A DNA stretch of 63,363 nucleotides, filler included, from Craspedostauros australis (GCA_030167865.1; 7 parts of 7 records of this genome joined end to end with filler, not necessarily neighbours in it); one strand, 5' to 3'; shown: positions 22,072 through 32,836, numbered from the whole stretch's first letter. Numbers and translations are program-made. Notes: a model not told the origin generated them from the letters alone.

Positions 22072-23874
22072 TTAGCCATCCTGACGAATCTGACCAAAGA
22101 GTTCCAACCCGGAACCGTGCATGCAGGGTGCGATATCCCTGGGAACGGAACTGCGTGGGATGGAAGAAATCCGGAAGAAGCGGAAGAATCCTTCGTCGTC
22201 CGTGTCTTCCGTTGTTGGTGCAGCAGCAGCATTTGGGCCGTGTCGATGCTGCAGGTACACCTGTTTGCTGCTGGCGCCGATATCGCTGGCGCTGGTGTCG
22301 TCATCATCAGACACTTCGTTCTCGTCGCCATTGCTGTTGCTGTTGTGGTTGCTGGTGGGGGTCTTCATTTTTGCCGTTTCGCTCCGGCGAAAATTAGCCG
22401 GATCGATTGGAAATGTTTGCCTCGTTCGCTCCAATAGATCCTGTGCGAACAGCACCATGTCTTCCTCCTTGACGATCGTCGAATCCAGCAGCTCTGCCAA
22501 TCCAGACGACGAGCCCTCGATGGATTCCTTCACGATGTCCATGTTGATGGGAGAGGATCGGCGGGATTCGTGAAGCAGGGTCCATGCGATCCCATCCTTG
22601 CTTGCGAGGAAGTCCCACGACTCCATGCCACATGGGCAGTTGATGCCGCTGTGACGCAAGGAGTAATGCGATGGCCTCACCTTGATGCCCGCAGGCAGCT
22701 CCAGCGTGACGTAGAATTGGCTCATCCCCTGATCGGTGATGCGGCCGTCGTAAAGGCAGCAGCTGAAGACGTCTGCCGTGTACGGAACGCTGATTTCGTA
22801 CCCCTCGCTCTCCGGTTCTTGCGCGATTCGATCTTGCTCAATCTCAATCAAGCCATTGCCGTCGTTGTCGTGATTCTCATCACTGCTGCTGTCGGCATCG
22901 CGGTCGATGTTATCAGCATGGTGGTTTTGATGTTCGCCATTGTCATCATCATCATCATGATTGCCATCCTCTTCCACCTCGCTTTCATCGATATCATCAA
23001 TAATTACAGCGCCGTCATCTCCCTCTGCATCATGATCATGATCATTGACATCGTCGTCGTGAATGGCAAAGATGTGACCGATGGCATCATTCCTTCGATT
23101 CGACGAATTGGCGCGGGAACGCCGACGGTTGCGACGCCGTCTCTGTCTTCGTTGGGATGATACACGAGTAGAGGATGATGGTGGATGCATTCGCGTTCTC
23201 TTGCGTCTCGTCTTGGCCTTGAGCTGGCAGAACATCGGGCGGTATGCAACGAAGTTGGCGCGTGCTTTGTCCGTCCCAGAAATCAGGTCCTGCTCCGACC
23301 AATGTCGTGACTCGGATTGTCCCGGATCCGTGGATCGGTAGACGCGCACCAATCCGCGGTGGAAAGGGTTGTTGTAAGCTTCCTCCTTGCCAAAGTTGGT
23401 GCCGACATGATGCAAGATCCCTTTGCCGTCGGAGCGGAAGGGGAATTCGGTGGTGCTGCAAATGAGCCTTGTGGTGCGAAGCATGTACTGAAGGTGCGCG
23501 AGACAGTAAAAGTCGGCCTCCTTCTCCAAGCAATCCCAGAGCTCCGCTTTGCCAGGCGTGAAAGGCAGCAGCTCCCTCGGAAGCTCGGTTTGCTGATCTC
23601 GCAGGAACTGCAGGATGAAAGGGAAGTAGCGAGGATTGCGATCGATGAAGAAGGTCGGGATCGCGTTGGGCTTCTGGCATGTTTGGCATTCGGCTTCGTT
23701 GCTGCCGCTTGCACCGCAGAGACCGGTCTCGCCAAGCTGCCCTCCAGGGTGAAAGCCGGATGAGAAACGGGCATCAAAATACGATCCCTTGGCTGTCGTG
23801 AGCGTGCAGAGGCTGCAATAGAACGGCGTTCCGCCTACATTCAGACAAATGACTTCATCCCCTCGCATGGTCAT
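22072..23874 (-). CDS. KCTD-type BTB/POZ protein with a C-terminal discoidin/F5-8-like domain
   Basis: ICLNVGGTPF..FIDRNPRYFPFILQFLR..EADFY at the N-terminus; PSHYSLRH..WDFLASKDGIAWTLL..FRFFRI..GLELFG at the C-terminus. Confidence 0.85.
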   Translation of the reverse strand: MTMRGDEVICLNVGGTPFYCSLCTLTTAKGSYFDARFSSGFHPGGQLGETGLCGASGSNEAECQTCQKPNAIPTFFIDRNPRYFPFILQFLRDQQTELPRELLPFTPGKAELWDCLEKEADFYCLAHLQYMLRTTRLICSTTEFPFRSDGKGILHHVGTNFGKEEAYNNPFHRGLVRVYRSTDPGQSESRHWSEQDLISGTDKARANFVAYRPMFCQLKAKTRRKRTRMHPPSSSTRVSSQRRQRRRRNRRRSRANSSNRRNDAIGHIFAIHDDDVNDHDHDAEGDDGAVIIDDIDESEVEEDGNHDDDDDNGEHQNHHADNIDRDADSSSDENHDNDGNGLIEIEQDRIAQEPESEGYEISVPYTADVFSCCLYDGRITDQGMSQFYVTLELPAGIKVRPSHYSLRHSGINCPCGMESWDFLASKDGIAWTLLHESRRSSPINMDIVKESIEGSSSGLAELLDSTIVKEEDMVLFAQDLLERTRQTFPIDPANFRRSETAKMKTPTSNHNSNSNGDENEVSDDDDTSASDIGASSKQVYLQHRHGPNAAAAPTTEDTDDEGFFRFFRISSIPRSSVPRDIAPCMHGSGLELFGQIRQDG

Positions 23875-24125
23875 TCGACTTTTGGAGCTTGTGGATTTGT
23901 TAGATTGTTGGCTTGTTGGCTTGATCGGTGTGGGTGCAATGATGGGCGTGCTTTCCTAAACTGGTGGTTGATGTCTTTATCGATGTCTGTGCTTTCTGTT
24001 CTTTTGTGTGTGAGTGTATGTACGCGTATGTGTGCGAGTATGTCTGCGTGTGATGCTTGCATGCGATTGCGCTCTTGAGTTTTGCTTCTTGCTGTGTTTA
24101 TGGTTCAACAGGCCACGCAGCACTG

Positions 24126-24225
24126 NNNNNNNNNNNNNNNNNNNNNNNNNNNNNNNNNNNNNNNNNNNNTTAATTAATTAANNNNNNNNNNNNNNNNNNN
24201 NNNNNNNNNNNNNNNNNNNNNNNNN
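24126..24225. other. Artificial contig spacer
   Basis: 44N + TTAATTAATTAA + 44N. Confidence 0.97.
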
Positions 24226-24309
24226 GATCGTTTGCGTCTTCACGTTCGATATCTCTTTCTTCCATGGCGATGATGTCTTCGTCGTCGAAAGGAATCTGGT
24301 AGGTTGTAT
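24226..24309 (-). mobile_element. Copia D fragment, downstream half of the ORF split by the LINE
   Basis: Reads ..TTYQIPFDDEDIIAMEERDIEREDAND, continuing the ORF at 32837-33121. Confidence 0.8.
24290..24309 (+). repeat. Left 20-bp target-site duplication of the LINE
   Basis: AGGAATCTGGTAGGTTGTAT, identical to 32837-32856. Confidence 0.95.
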
Positions 24310-24393
24310 AGTTTCGGAATTCCGACAAACCAAACCAAAGAAAAATAAAAACTAATTAATACCCACACACAACACAAACAACAGCAAAGCAAA

Positions 24394-27006
24394 ATGACTT
24401 CGAACAAGCAAGCCAACACGAGCAACCACGATGAGCGAAACCATGAAGATGGTCCAACTTTGACGCTGCCCACCAAGGAACCCGACAAACCGGAGNNNNN
24501 NNNNNNNNNNNNNNNNNNNNNNNNNNNNNNNNNNNNNNNNNNNNNNNNNNNNNNNNNNNNNNNNNNNNNNNNNNNNNNNNNNNNNNACCCAGATGATGTC
24601 TCAATCACCTTCAAACCAAGATCGAGCACCTTCAAGACAGCAGCGAACAAGACCGGCATTGACATCACGCCATTTGCGAAAGCAACGGGAGATGGCTCTA
24701 TCGACAGAGCAGCAAAGATGGCATGGAGAGCCCGAGCGGTGTGGTACAACAGAGATGAGGCCACGGCAGACAGAGAAAACCCAACCACCAAGCAGTGGGA
24801 ACACTTCTTCCGCGACCTAGCAGACGGCAGGGTGACATCATTCGGCCCAATCACACTCCCAAACAAAGACCCCACCCGACTCCGGCTCCTACAGTTCGTC
24901 CTCAATGTAGCATCTACCAACCCACTGGAGGTATTCAAAGCACACCTCAACGACGACGGGACGGTGAAGAGCGCAAGAGCAGTCAAAGTGTGGAAAGCCG
25001 CCAACAGAGTCTTGGGATCCAACTATGATCTCGGCGCAGCGCCCAGCAGTGCATCCGATGCTAACGAAGACGCAATGGATGGACTCACCCTGCTATCCAG
25101 ACAGATCGACCCGGCCAATACAGCAAACCGCCCCAACACAAGCTCAGTGGCAGCCATGCCCATCAACACAGGAACAGAGTCACTCAGCACCGACAGCGAT
25201 TCGTACACCAGCAGGCAACCCACCAAACGCACCAGATTCAAGTCGCCACGACACACCACGGATATGGCACAAATCAGCCAGAACAGCTACAACAGCACGC
25301 AATCTACCAGATCAGGTAACAGCAGCGACACATCGACTGACTCAGGCGTCACCAAACAACACCACGGCCCACGACGCTCGCCACGCAACAAAGCCAAAGC
25401 AGACGACAACTCCGTAAGTTCTGACGACGAGTCCAACACCTCACAGGCGAAGATAGCCCCTCCCAGGCACGAATACATCACCAGGTTCACCATCAAGCTT
25501 AACGTGGACAGAACGGAGGAGGATACCACTGAAGCAGTGAGAGACAGGATCAAGCGATGGTTCCGACAAATTCGTCGCATCGACTCATCGGCCACGATCC
25601 TACCATGGAGAGAAAGCAGCAACAACGGACCACACATCGCCCACTCAGGTCAAATACCAGAACGAATGGAAGATCTCCGGACGTTCTTCCCTGGACTCAG
25701 AGCACCATCGGGCGCCACCGGCATCACCTACGCGAAGGTACGAATCACGACGCGCGAGGATCCTTTCGACATCACGGCAGACCGAAACTCCGAACTCAAT
25801 GCCTACTACTACAACGAGCATGAAGGTCTATACCTGGCCCAATTGCAAGAGGCAGAAGAAGTGAAAGAGATTGGGTTCTTACTCTACACCGGAGGATTCA
25901 CAGACGTCAACGGGACTGTCGAAGTCATCAACAGGAGCCTCAGGAGAATCCACAGCGAAATCAGGGTGGGCGGAAAGATCAAAAACATCATTCAGGTCAG
26001 CGAGGAAACCAAAGAGAAATACAAAGACGGGAAACGCCATTGGACGGTCCAACCATGGAGAGCTGTTAAGCTGGAAGTGGAAAGGTCACAAGCATACGCG
26101 GCCGTTGCAGCAGTAGCTACTCTCTTCAACACAGAGTCAGAACGGCCCGGCGAAATGAAATTCAGATTCTTGCCCGACAAGAAATACGAGCAGATGTCAC
26201 GCAAAAAGACGGCATTCCGAGAAGATCTGCTTGCAAAACACCAAGCCATCCTCTCCGTGATCGAGTACTCAGATTCAGATGGAGTCATGCACCTGGACAA
26301 AAAGGTCAAAGGCAAGGACGGGCAGTCCATCACACTACGGAAACTTATCCTCCGCGAAACCAACGCAGAAGGAAAGAGCATCTTCCACAGTGTGGACAGA
26401 GCCCGGGGCACAGATGACCAGATCGTGGCACATTCCTTCCCAGAGTACCTAGCAGACGCAAAACACTTCATGAGCCTACTACCAGCAGTGGCAAGACACA
26501 AAGTGGGAGACAAAGCGGAGAAATGGTTCAGCCCAGAGGTCTGGTTGGCAAGCCTGAGCATCGTGTATGACCCAGACACCAATGACTACACCTCCCCAGA
26601 TGTTCACTATCTTGGCGCGATTGCCGACGAATCTTTTCCAGCCAGCGTGGTCATCACCAACATACCCGACATGATGCCAGTCAACCACAGGCCGGCGGCA
26701 CTCGACAACCGCAGCTTGTTCAATCCGAACTCAACAATTGGGACAGCCAACAGGTCGATGGACTCAGCGTACACGGCGGCCCCCAGATCAACCGCTGACA
26801 ATTCGGCCGCAACCAACACACAACAAGGACAGCACGACCAAGCAACCATCAACCCAAGCAGCATTCTCCGCACAGGAACCGCCACCAGGTACAACCAACC
26901 CCAATCCAAGGAAGAACAACTGCTCGCACAAGTACAAGCTCTCCGACGACAACTGGGCAAACCCGACGGCGAACCTCCGCAGCCCAATGGAGACCCGCGA
27001 CCATGA
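24394..27006 (+). CDS. LINE ORF1 (~870 aa, includes a gap)
   Basis: Long ORF inside the TSD-bounded element; its stop overlaps the ORF2 start (ATGA). Confidence 0.88.
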   Translation: MTSNKQANTSNHDERNHEDGPTLTLPTKEPDKPEXXXXXXXXXXXXXXXXXXXXXXXXXXXXXXXPDDVSITFKPRSSTFKTAANKTGIDITPFAKATGDGSIDRAAKMAWRARAVWYNRDEATADRENPTTKQWEHFFRDLADGRVTSFGPITLPNKDPTRLRLLQFVLNVASTNPLEVFKAHLNDDGTVKSARAVKVWKAANRVLGSNYDLGAAPSSASDANEDAMDGLTLLSRQIDPANTANRPNTSSVAAMPINTGTESLSTDSDSYTSRQPTKRTRFKSPRHTTDMAQISQNSYNSTQSTRSGNSSDTSTDSGVTKQHHGPRRSPRNKAKADDNSVSSDDESNTSQAKIAPPRHEYITRFTIKLNVDRTEEDTTEAVRDRIKRWFRQIRRIDSSATILPWRESSNNGPHIAHSGQIPERMEDLRTFFPGLRAPSGATGITYAKVRITTREDPFDITADRNSELNAYYYNEHEGLYLAQLQEAEEVKEIGFLLYTGGFTDVNGTVEVINRSLRRIHSEIRVGGKIKNIIQVSEETKEKYKDGKRHWTVQPWRAVKLEVERSQAYAAVAAVATLFNTESERPGEMKFRFLPDKKYEQMSRKKTAFREDLLAKHQAILSVIEYSDSDGVMHLDKKVKGKDGQSITLRKLILRETNAEGKSIFHSVDRARGTDDQIVAHSFPEYLADAKHFMSLLPAVARHKVGDKAEKWFSPEVWLASLSIVYDPDTNDYTSPDVHYLGAIADESFPASVVITNIPDMMPVNHRPAALDNRSLFNPNSTIGTANRSMDSAYTAAPRSTADNSAATNTQQGQHDQATINPSSILRTGTATRYNQPQSKEEQLLAQVQALRRQLGKPDGEPPQPNGDPRP

Positions 27007-30000
27007 TAGTCAGCCACAACCGGGCACAGTCCAGCTCGAACAACAACGGACCCGACAACCAAGAGGAATTGAGGCCGGACGGATCAATTTCTCAACAACA
27101 ACATATAGGGCAAACCACCCAGCCCAAACCAAAAGGCCACATCAGGATAGCGACCCTCAACATCGGAAGCTTACCACCGGACCCTACGGAACCCAAGAAC
27201 GACGACCTATGGCAGTTCACGCGCCAACACCACATCGACATACTCCTCATCACGGAGGTCGGACTCAACTGGAACCAAGTTCCCACGGATACCACACTTG
27301 CACACCGAGCGGAGCGGCACCTGCGCATGGTGAAAACCAGCACATCGCACTACCAGACCACCGCCCGCAACCCTCGCCAGTGGGGCGGCACAGCAGTACT
27401 CATCCACGGCAACGCCGCCGGCAGAGTGCTGTCACGCAGCAACGACCCCAACCAAAGCGGGCGATGGGCAAGCATGCTGCTGCAAGGCAAGCAGGGCATC
27501 AAAGTCCGAGTGGTGTCCATCTACGTTCCCACGAAGTCAACACAAACCACCGGGACAGTCTACAATCAACAAGCAATCAAGGCAGCTCAACGAGGATCCA
27601 ACCTGGAGCCGATAGACCTGCTCATTGACGACCTGCAGACCCAGATATCGCTCTGGAAGCAAGCAGGAGAAACGATCATCGTAGGGGGTGATGTGAACAT
27701 GGACATCAGAAGGTCCAAAATATCGACAATGCTTCAGTCCGAAGGCATGCATGAACACCATTCCAAACAGATCAACCACCCATACGCCACAATGATCAGG
27801 AACACCAGAGGAATCCCANNNNNNNNNNNNNNNNNNNNNNNNNNNNNNNNNNNNNNNNNNNNNNNNNNCCATTCCAAACAGATCAACCACCCATACGCCA
27901 CAATGATCAGGAACACCAGAGGAATCCCAATCGACGGCATATGGACCACGAGCGACATACGCCCATCTCAGCTTGGCCTCACGGCCTACAGCGGCTGGGA
28001 CCACAGAGCGGTGTGGATGGACATCGTCGCGGCCAACCTACTCGGACCCTCCAAACAACCCACCACGCCATTCAGAGGACGGAGGCTGCAACTCAACCAA
28101 CCAGCGACAGTGCGCAGGTATACAGAAGAGTACACCGAACAGGCCAACAACAAACGGCTACGAGCACGCGCAGAAGCACTCAACTCAGACATCGGAGAAG
28201 GTCCCATCACAACAACGCAAATCCGCGAACTCGAAGCCATCGACAAAGACCGAACCCAGGCCATCCTACACGCAGAACGCCACTGCCGCCGAGTACGCGC
28301 AGGTGCAGTCCCATTCTCGCCAGCACTGTCGAAAATACACTGGGAGCACAGGTTTTGGACCCTCAGCATAAAGCGTAGGAAAGGGCACAACATCAAAGGT
28401 CGCACCGTCGACAAAGCCAGGAAAAAGGCAAAGCTCTCAGCACTCACCCGGCATATGACCCTGACAGAGATGGGTAGACGCAGAAACGATGCATGGCGCC
28501 GTTACCGACAAGCGAAGCAAGACGCCGCTAACCACCGGAGGACGTTCCTCGCAGACGACGAAGCTGAAGTCTCCCGAACAGGCAGGGATACTGTGAAATA
28601 CAGAGCCCAAATCCAGCAAAGAGAAGACACGCGAGCGGCCTACAGGCGCATCGGCTGGGCACTAAAGGCGAACGGAGAAGACTCCCAAGTGTCCATAGTT
28701 ATCGATGACGGACCAGGAGGGCAAGGGAATCTCCTCACATCCGGAGAAGATGTGGCCAGAGCATGCTGTAACAACAACATCGACAAATACAGCCAGGCCT
28801 GGCTAGCTGAGGTCTGCCAACGACCATTGAAGCGCAGCCTTGGCCGATTCGGCACCAGCGCGGCGGCCACAGCCATCCTACACGGCATCGTCCCATCGCA
28901 GATCAATGCCAACACCAATGAAGTGCTCCAAGCTCTGCACCAACCTCCACAGGCAAGCCCATGGCCCCGGCTGAACACGACCATCACCCATGAAAGCCAC
29001 TCCGAAGGATGGTCACGCATCAAAGAGAGCACGTCTTCCGGGCCGTCTGGAATCCACTTCGGGTGTTGGAAGGCCAACGCGAAGGTGCCAGAGCTTGCTC
29101 TCATCGACGCCATACTGCGTGAGATTCCTTACCGCACGGGCTACAGCCTCCAGCGATGGCAACAGTGCACCGACATACAGCTCAGGAAGAAACCGGGCAA
29201 TCTCGCAGTCACCAAAACAAGGACGATTGGCCTCATGGAAGGCGACTTCAACATGAACAATCGCCTTCTCGGCAAACAGGCCAGATCACACGCGGAGAGC
29301 AACGGGACCATCGCCGCTGAACAATATGGGAGCCGGAAGGCCCACACGGCCCAAGAAGTCCTACTCAACACCACCCTCATCGACGATGTAGGCCGAGTCA
29401 CCGGCCTCCACTACGCAGTCTGCTCCAACGATGCGAAGGGATGCTACGATCGAATCGCCCACCCCATATTCGGCTTGGCCCTACGACGACAGGGAGTGCC
29501 GGCAGCGCCCATCGAGAGCACCCTGCGCACTTTACAGGCAATGACTCACCGCATACGCACCGCTGCAGGCACGTCGACTGCTTCGTACTCAGGCAAGCAG
29601 CGAGGCCAATTCCTCCAAGGTTTAGTCCAGGGGTTGGGATCCGCGCCAACAGGCTGGTTGCTGATCAGTTCAGCCATCATCGACAGCATGCGCCGCCGCG
29701 GGCACGGACTCAGCCTCCCGGATCCCATCACCAATGCTGGCCACGTCATCACAGGGACAGCCTACGTCGACGACACCAACGTGATGCAGAGCCTGCAAGC
29801 AGACACCCCCAATGCGCAGGCCACAGCCTTCCAAGCGTCAGTCGATCATTGGGACAATCTACTCACTGCCACGGGCGGAGCTCTAGAACCGACAAAGAGC
29901 TTCTGGCAGCTGATCCGATTCAAGTGGCACAGAACACAATGGAACTACGACCTATCTACTCCCACCACCGGAGTCCACATGAACTCCCCAGACGGCCAGC

Positions 30001-32771
30001 GCATCCAGTTGGCACTGACTGGTCCTCGAACCGCAGCCAAATACCTAGGGATGATGTCTCGAAGAGACGGTAAGCAAACAGAGCACGCCAGCTACCTCCT
30101 CAACAAATCGAGGGAGTGGGCGGAACGCATCAGAACGTCCCGGATCAGTAAACAGGACACGGAAATCGCCCTCAAGTCCGTGCTGTGGCCGTCGTTGACC
30201 TACTCCGCTCCTGCCACCACCATGTCTCCAGCCCAGTGGCGCACAGTGATGAGCACCGCCCTGACCGCGGCTCTTCCGTCCATGGGTATCGCCCGGACAA
30301 TCGCCAGGGAGTATGTCTTCGGCCACGTTGACACCATGGGCATGGGGGTGCACAACCTGCACACGGTGCAAGTCATCTCCCATCTCTCCATGGTGATGCA
30401 ACACTTCGAGCAAGACACGGAAACAGGCCGGCTGCTACGCTCCTCGCTTCGACACCTCGAACTGTGGACCGGACTGCCAGGGCAGCTGCAACAGCATGAA
30501 CGTAAATGGAAGACCTGGACGGCCACAACGTGGTGGCAAAACACCTTCCACACCGCCTCACAGCTCGGCATCGTCATGACAGACCAAAGCAGTGCTGCCC
30601 GCCGACCGCGCCGCGGTGACGAGACCATCATGCACCTAGCCATTCAAGCAGGAGTCCCTACGACAACGCTGGGCCTGGCTAACATCGCCCGCATACACCT
30701 CAGAGCGCTTTGGTTGTCGGACATCACCTCTGCCTGTGGCACGCACATCCTGCCCGACATCCTGCGACGATCCAGGCTGCCGCCAGGCACAACCACGTGG
30801 CCCAAGACGGGGACCGTAACCCGGACAGCGTGGGAAGCTTGGGAACATGTGCTGGCAACGCTGGTGGCTGCAGACAGACCAGGTTGGCATGTGCAGGCGA
30901 CCCTCGGCCTGTGGTACCACGCACCCTCACGCCGCGCTGCTCAACTCCCAGACGGAACGATCAGGCTACCAGGTCAGGCAAGGGCCCAAGACGCCAACGG
31001 CCCTCGTCCAACGCGTGTGGTCGACCGATCTGCCCGGCGATCCGGAGCAGCCACCACAGCATCGGGGGGCATTCAAGCCCGCGCCAACCCGACCTCCATT
31101 CGTGCTTGGTTACACCACAAAGGCCCCGCAGCCATCGCCATGCTACCAACACTGCAGATCCAAGGCGACGTCCGCCAAATCGTTCAGTCGATCACGACCG
31201 GCACATGCGCAGCCTGCAGCGATGCGTCCGCGAAACACAGCAAAGGCGCAGCCGCAGCAGTTATTCAAAGTGCGGTCGGAGACGACACACACCAGATCGT
31301 CGCCACATCCGCAGTTCCCAAGGGGTCGCACCCGACAGACTCCAACCGGGCCGAACTTGCTGGCGTGCTCATGTCCATATGGGTGGTGACTTCCATTGCA
31401 GAGTGGGCAGGTGTGTCTGGCGGCGCCACCATCGCGTGCGACAACGACAGGGCACTCAGGTCTGTGACCGCTTCCCAGTGGCCCGACCCCAGGCGGCCCG
31501 ATCACGATCTCAGAGCAGAAATCGTCCGACTGCTGCGCAAAACAGCGGTGCAATTCCAGCAACAGGAAGTGAAAGGCCATGCAGATGACTCCGGCCAGCC
31601 TCTCACGGAATGGGAAACCATGAACGTCGCCGCCGACGCCCACGCAGGCCGACAATGGGAGATCTCGAGCCAGGCCGGATGGAGCAATGATATTCCCCCA
31701 GTACCCACTGGAGGATGGACCTTGCTCGCAGGCGCCACGCCCATCACCGACCTCGACTACTGGACGGTGCACAATGCCCTTGATGGCACCAGCATCCAAC
31801 TCAAGTGGTGTCGGCGCTGGGGACATGCACACCCCTCTGAGGTGGACTGGATGCCCATACGGACCAACTCCCGACGTTGGCAAGGCGGCAGACGTCGCAC
31901 ACTGCTCAAGCTTATGGCTGGCGCAGGCGCTAGCGGCAAGAATATGCAGCGACGACAGCAGGAGGCCTCTGCCACATGCCCCAGGTGCGGCCAGCCGGAA
32001 GACAATTCACACGTTCTCATGTGCCCCAGTGCATCCAGTCAGGCCATTTGGTCCAGGACGATGCTCAAGGTGCGGTCAATCGTGCGACCGCCAACCACGC
32101 CACTGTTCGTTGCTCAATTGCTATGTACGGCCATCACCCGCATCTCCACAGGAGGCATTCCCCCGTCAGGCATTCGCGACTCTCCCACCAAGAGTATCCA
32201 GCAACAGCAGGCGAAAGTGGGGTGGAATGCCATAATGTGGGGCGGGTGGGCCACGGCCTGGCGAGAGCATGCCCCTCCTGCAGATCAGCGCCGCCGCAGA
32301 CGACTGCCCCGACAACTCCGAGACTGGCAAGCCAGTGTGACAAGTCTGCTGTGGCACGCGATCCTGGAGCAGTGGAAAGACCGCAACGAGGTTAAGGCCT
32401 CGCAGCTCGCCGACGATATGGTGGAGCTGCTCGAACAGCAGGCCCTCCAAATCCAGTCAGTGGCGCCAGCACTCGTTCCGCCCCCGCTGCGACCCCTCTG
32501 GGACCAGCCACCTCCTATACAGCAAACCCGCGCCCTCGCGGAATGGGTACAGGCCATGCACAACGCACTCGGCCACCACAGCCCCCCTCTCCCGAAGGTG
32601 CTCTCCAACTGGATGCTCAATGTCCGGCGAAAGGCAACCTCCACCTCCGACTCCGCCCACGCTACGACACGACACGCCAATCTTCCACCGAGACCTGAAG
32701 TGTTCCTCTCGGCAACCACGGCTGCCACACGACTTCACTCCGTTCCCGCAATGTGCCATCACGTTGAATAG
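27003..32771 (+). CDS. LINE ORF2: APE endonuclease + RT + RNase H + C-terminal CCHC
   Basis: APE: IATLNIG, ITEV, GGDVN, IDGIW, DHRAV. RT: QYGSR, NDAKGCYDRI, QGLGSAP, YVDD, KYLG. RNase H: SDAS, NRAEL, CDN, VKGHAD, NVAAD. C-terminal CPRC..HVLMC. Confidence 0.96.
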   Translation: MIVSHNRAQSSSNNNGPDNQEELRPDGSISQQQHIGQTTQPKPKGHIRIATLNIGSLPPDPTEPKNDDLWQFTRQHHIDILLITEVGLNWNQVPTDTTLAHRAERHLRMVKTSTSHYQTTARNPRQWGGTAVLIHGNAAGRVLSRSNDPNQSGRWASMLLQGKQGIKVRVVSIYVPTKSTQTTGTVYNQQAIKAAQRGSNLEPIDLLIDDLQTQISLWKQAGETIIVGGDVNMDIRRSKISTMLQSEGMHEHHSKQINHPYATMIRNTRGIPXXXXXXXXXXXXXXXXXHSKQINHPYATMIRNTRGIPIDGIWTTSDIRPSQLGLTAYSGWDHRAVWMDIVAANLLGPSKQPTTPFRGRRLQLNQPATVRRYTEEYTEQANNKRLRARAEALNSDIGEGPITTTQIRELEAIDKDRTQAILHAERHCRRVRAGAVPFSPALSKIHWEHRFWTLSIKRRKGHNIKGRTVDKARKKAKLSALTRHMTLTEMGRRRNDAWRRYRQAKQDAANHRRTFLADDEAEVSRTGRDTVKYRAQIQQREDTRAAYRRIGWALKANGEDSQVSIVIDDGPGGQGNLLTSGEDVARACCNNNIDKYSQAWLAEVCQRPLKRSLGRFGTSAAATAILHGIVPSQINANTNEVLQALHQPPQASPWPRLNTTITHESHSEGWSRIKESTSSGPSGIHFGCWKANAKVPELALIDAILREIPYRTGYSLQRWQQCTDIQLRKKPGNLAVTKTRTIGLMEGDFNMNNRLLGKQARSHAESNGTIAAEQYGSRKAHTAQEVLLNTTLIDDVGRVTGLHYAVCSNDAKGCYDRIAHPIFGLALRRQGVPAAPIESTLRTLQAMTHRIRTAAGTSTASYSGKQRGQFLQGLVQGLGSAPTGWLLISSAIIDSMRRRGHGLSLPDPITNAGHVITGTAYVDDTNVMQSLQADTPNAQATAFQASVDHWDNLLTATGGALEPTKSFWQLIRFKWHRTQWNYDLSTPTTGVHMNSPDGQRIQLALTGPRTAAKYLGMMSRRDGKQTEHASYLLNKSREWAERIRTSRISKQDTEIALKSVLWPSLTYSAPATTMSPAQWRTVMSTALTAALPSMGIARTIAREYVFGHVDTMGMGVHNLHTVQVISHLSMVMQHFEQDTETGRLLRSSLRHLELWTGLPGQLQQHERKWKTWTATTWWQNTFHTASQLGIVMTDQSSAARRPRRGDETIMHLAIQAGVPTTTLGLANIARIHLRALWLSDITSACGTHILPDILRRSRLPPGTTTWPKTGTVTRTAWEAWEHVLATLVAADRPGWHVQATLGLWYHAPSRRAAQLPDGTIRLPGQARAQDANGPRPTRVVDRSARRSGAATTASGGIQARANPTSIRAWLHHKGPAAIAMLPTLQIQGDVRQIVQSITTGTCAACSDASAKHSKGAAAAVIQSAVGDDTHQIVATSAVPKGSHPTDSNRAELAGVLMSIWVVTSIAEWAGVSGGATIACDNDRALRSVTASQWPDPRRPDHDLRAEIVRLLRKTAVQFQQQEVKGHADDSGQPLTEWETMNVAADAHAGRQWEISSQAGWSNDIPPVPTGGWTLLAGATPITDLDYWTVHNALDGTSIQLKWCRRWGHAHPSEVDWMPIRTNSRRWQGGRRRTLLKLMAGAGASGKNMQRRQQEASATCPRCGQPEDNSHVLMCPSASSQAIWSRTMLKVRSIVRPPTTPLFVAQLLCTAITRISTGGIPPSGIRDSPTKSIQQQQAKVGWNAIMWGGWATAWREHAPPADQRRRRRLPRQLRDWQASVTSLLWHAILEQWKDRNEVKASQLADDMVELLEQQALQIQSVAPALVPPPLRPLWDQPPPIQQTRALAEWVQAMHNALGHHSPPLPKVLSNWMLNVRRKATSTSDSAHATTRHANLPPRPEVFLSATTAATRLHSVPAMCHHVE

Positions 32772-32836
32772 ACGAGGCGGAATAAAAGCGCCATCGGCGC
32801 ATGACGTAACCGTTATTATCCGTGTGTTATATATAT

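Larger units (their letters stand above)
24310..32836 (+). mobile_element. Full-length non-LTR retrotransposon (LINE, Ambal-like, with RNase H)
   Basis: Two long ORFs, short UTRs, AATAAA at 32781, a (TA)n tail and a perfect 20-bp TSD. Confidence 0.95.
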
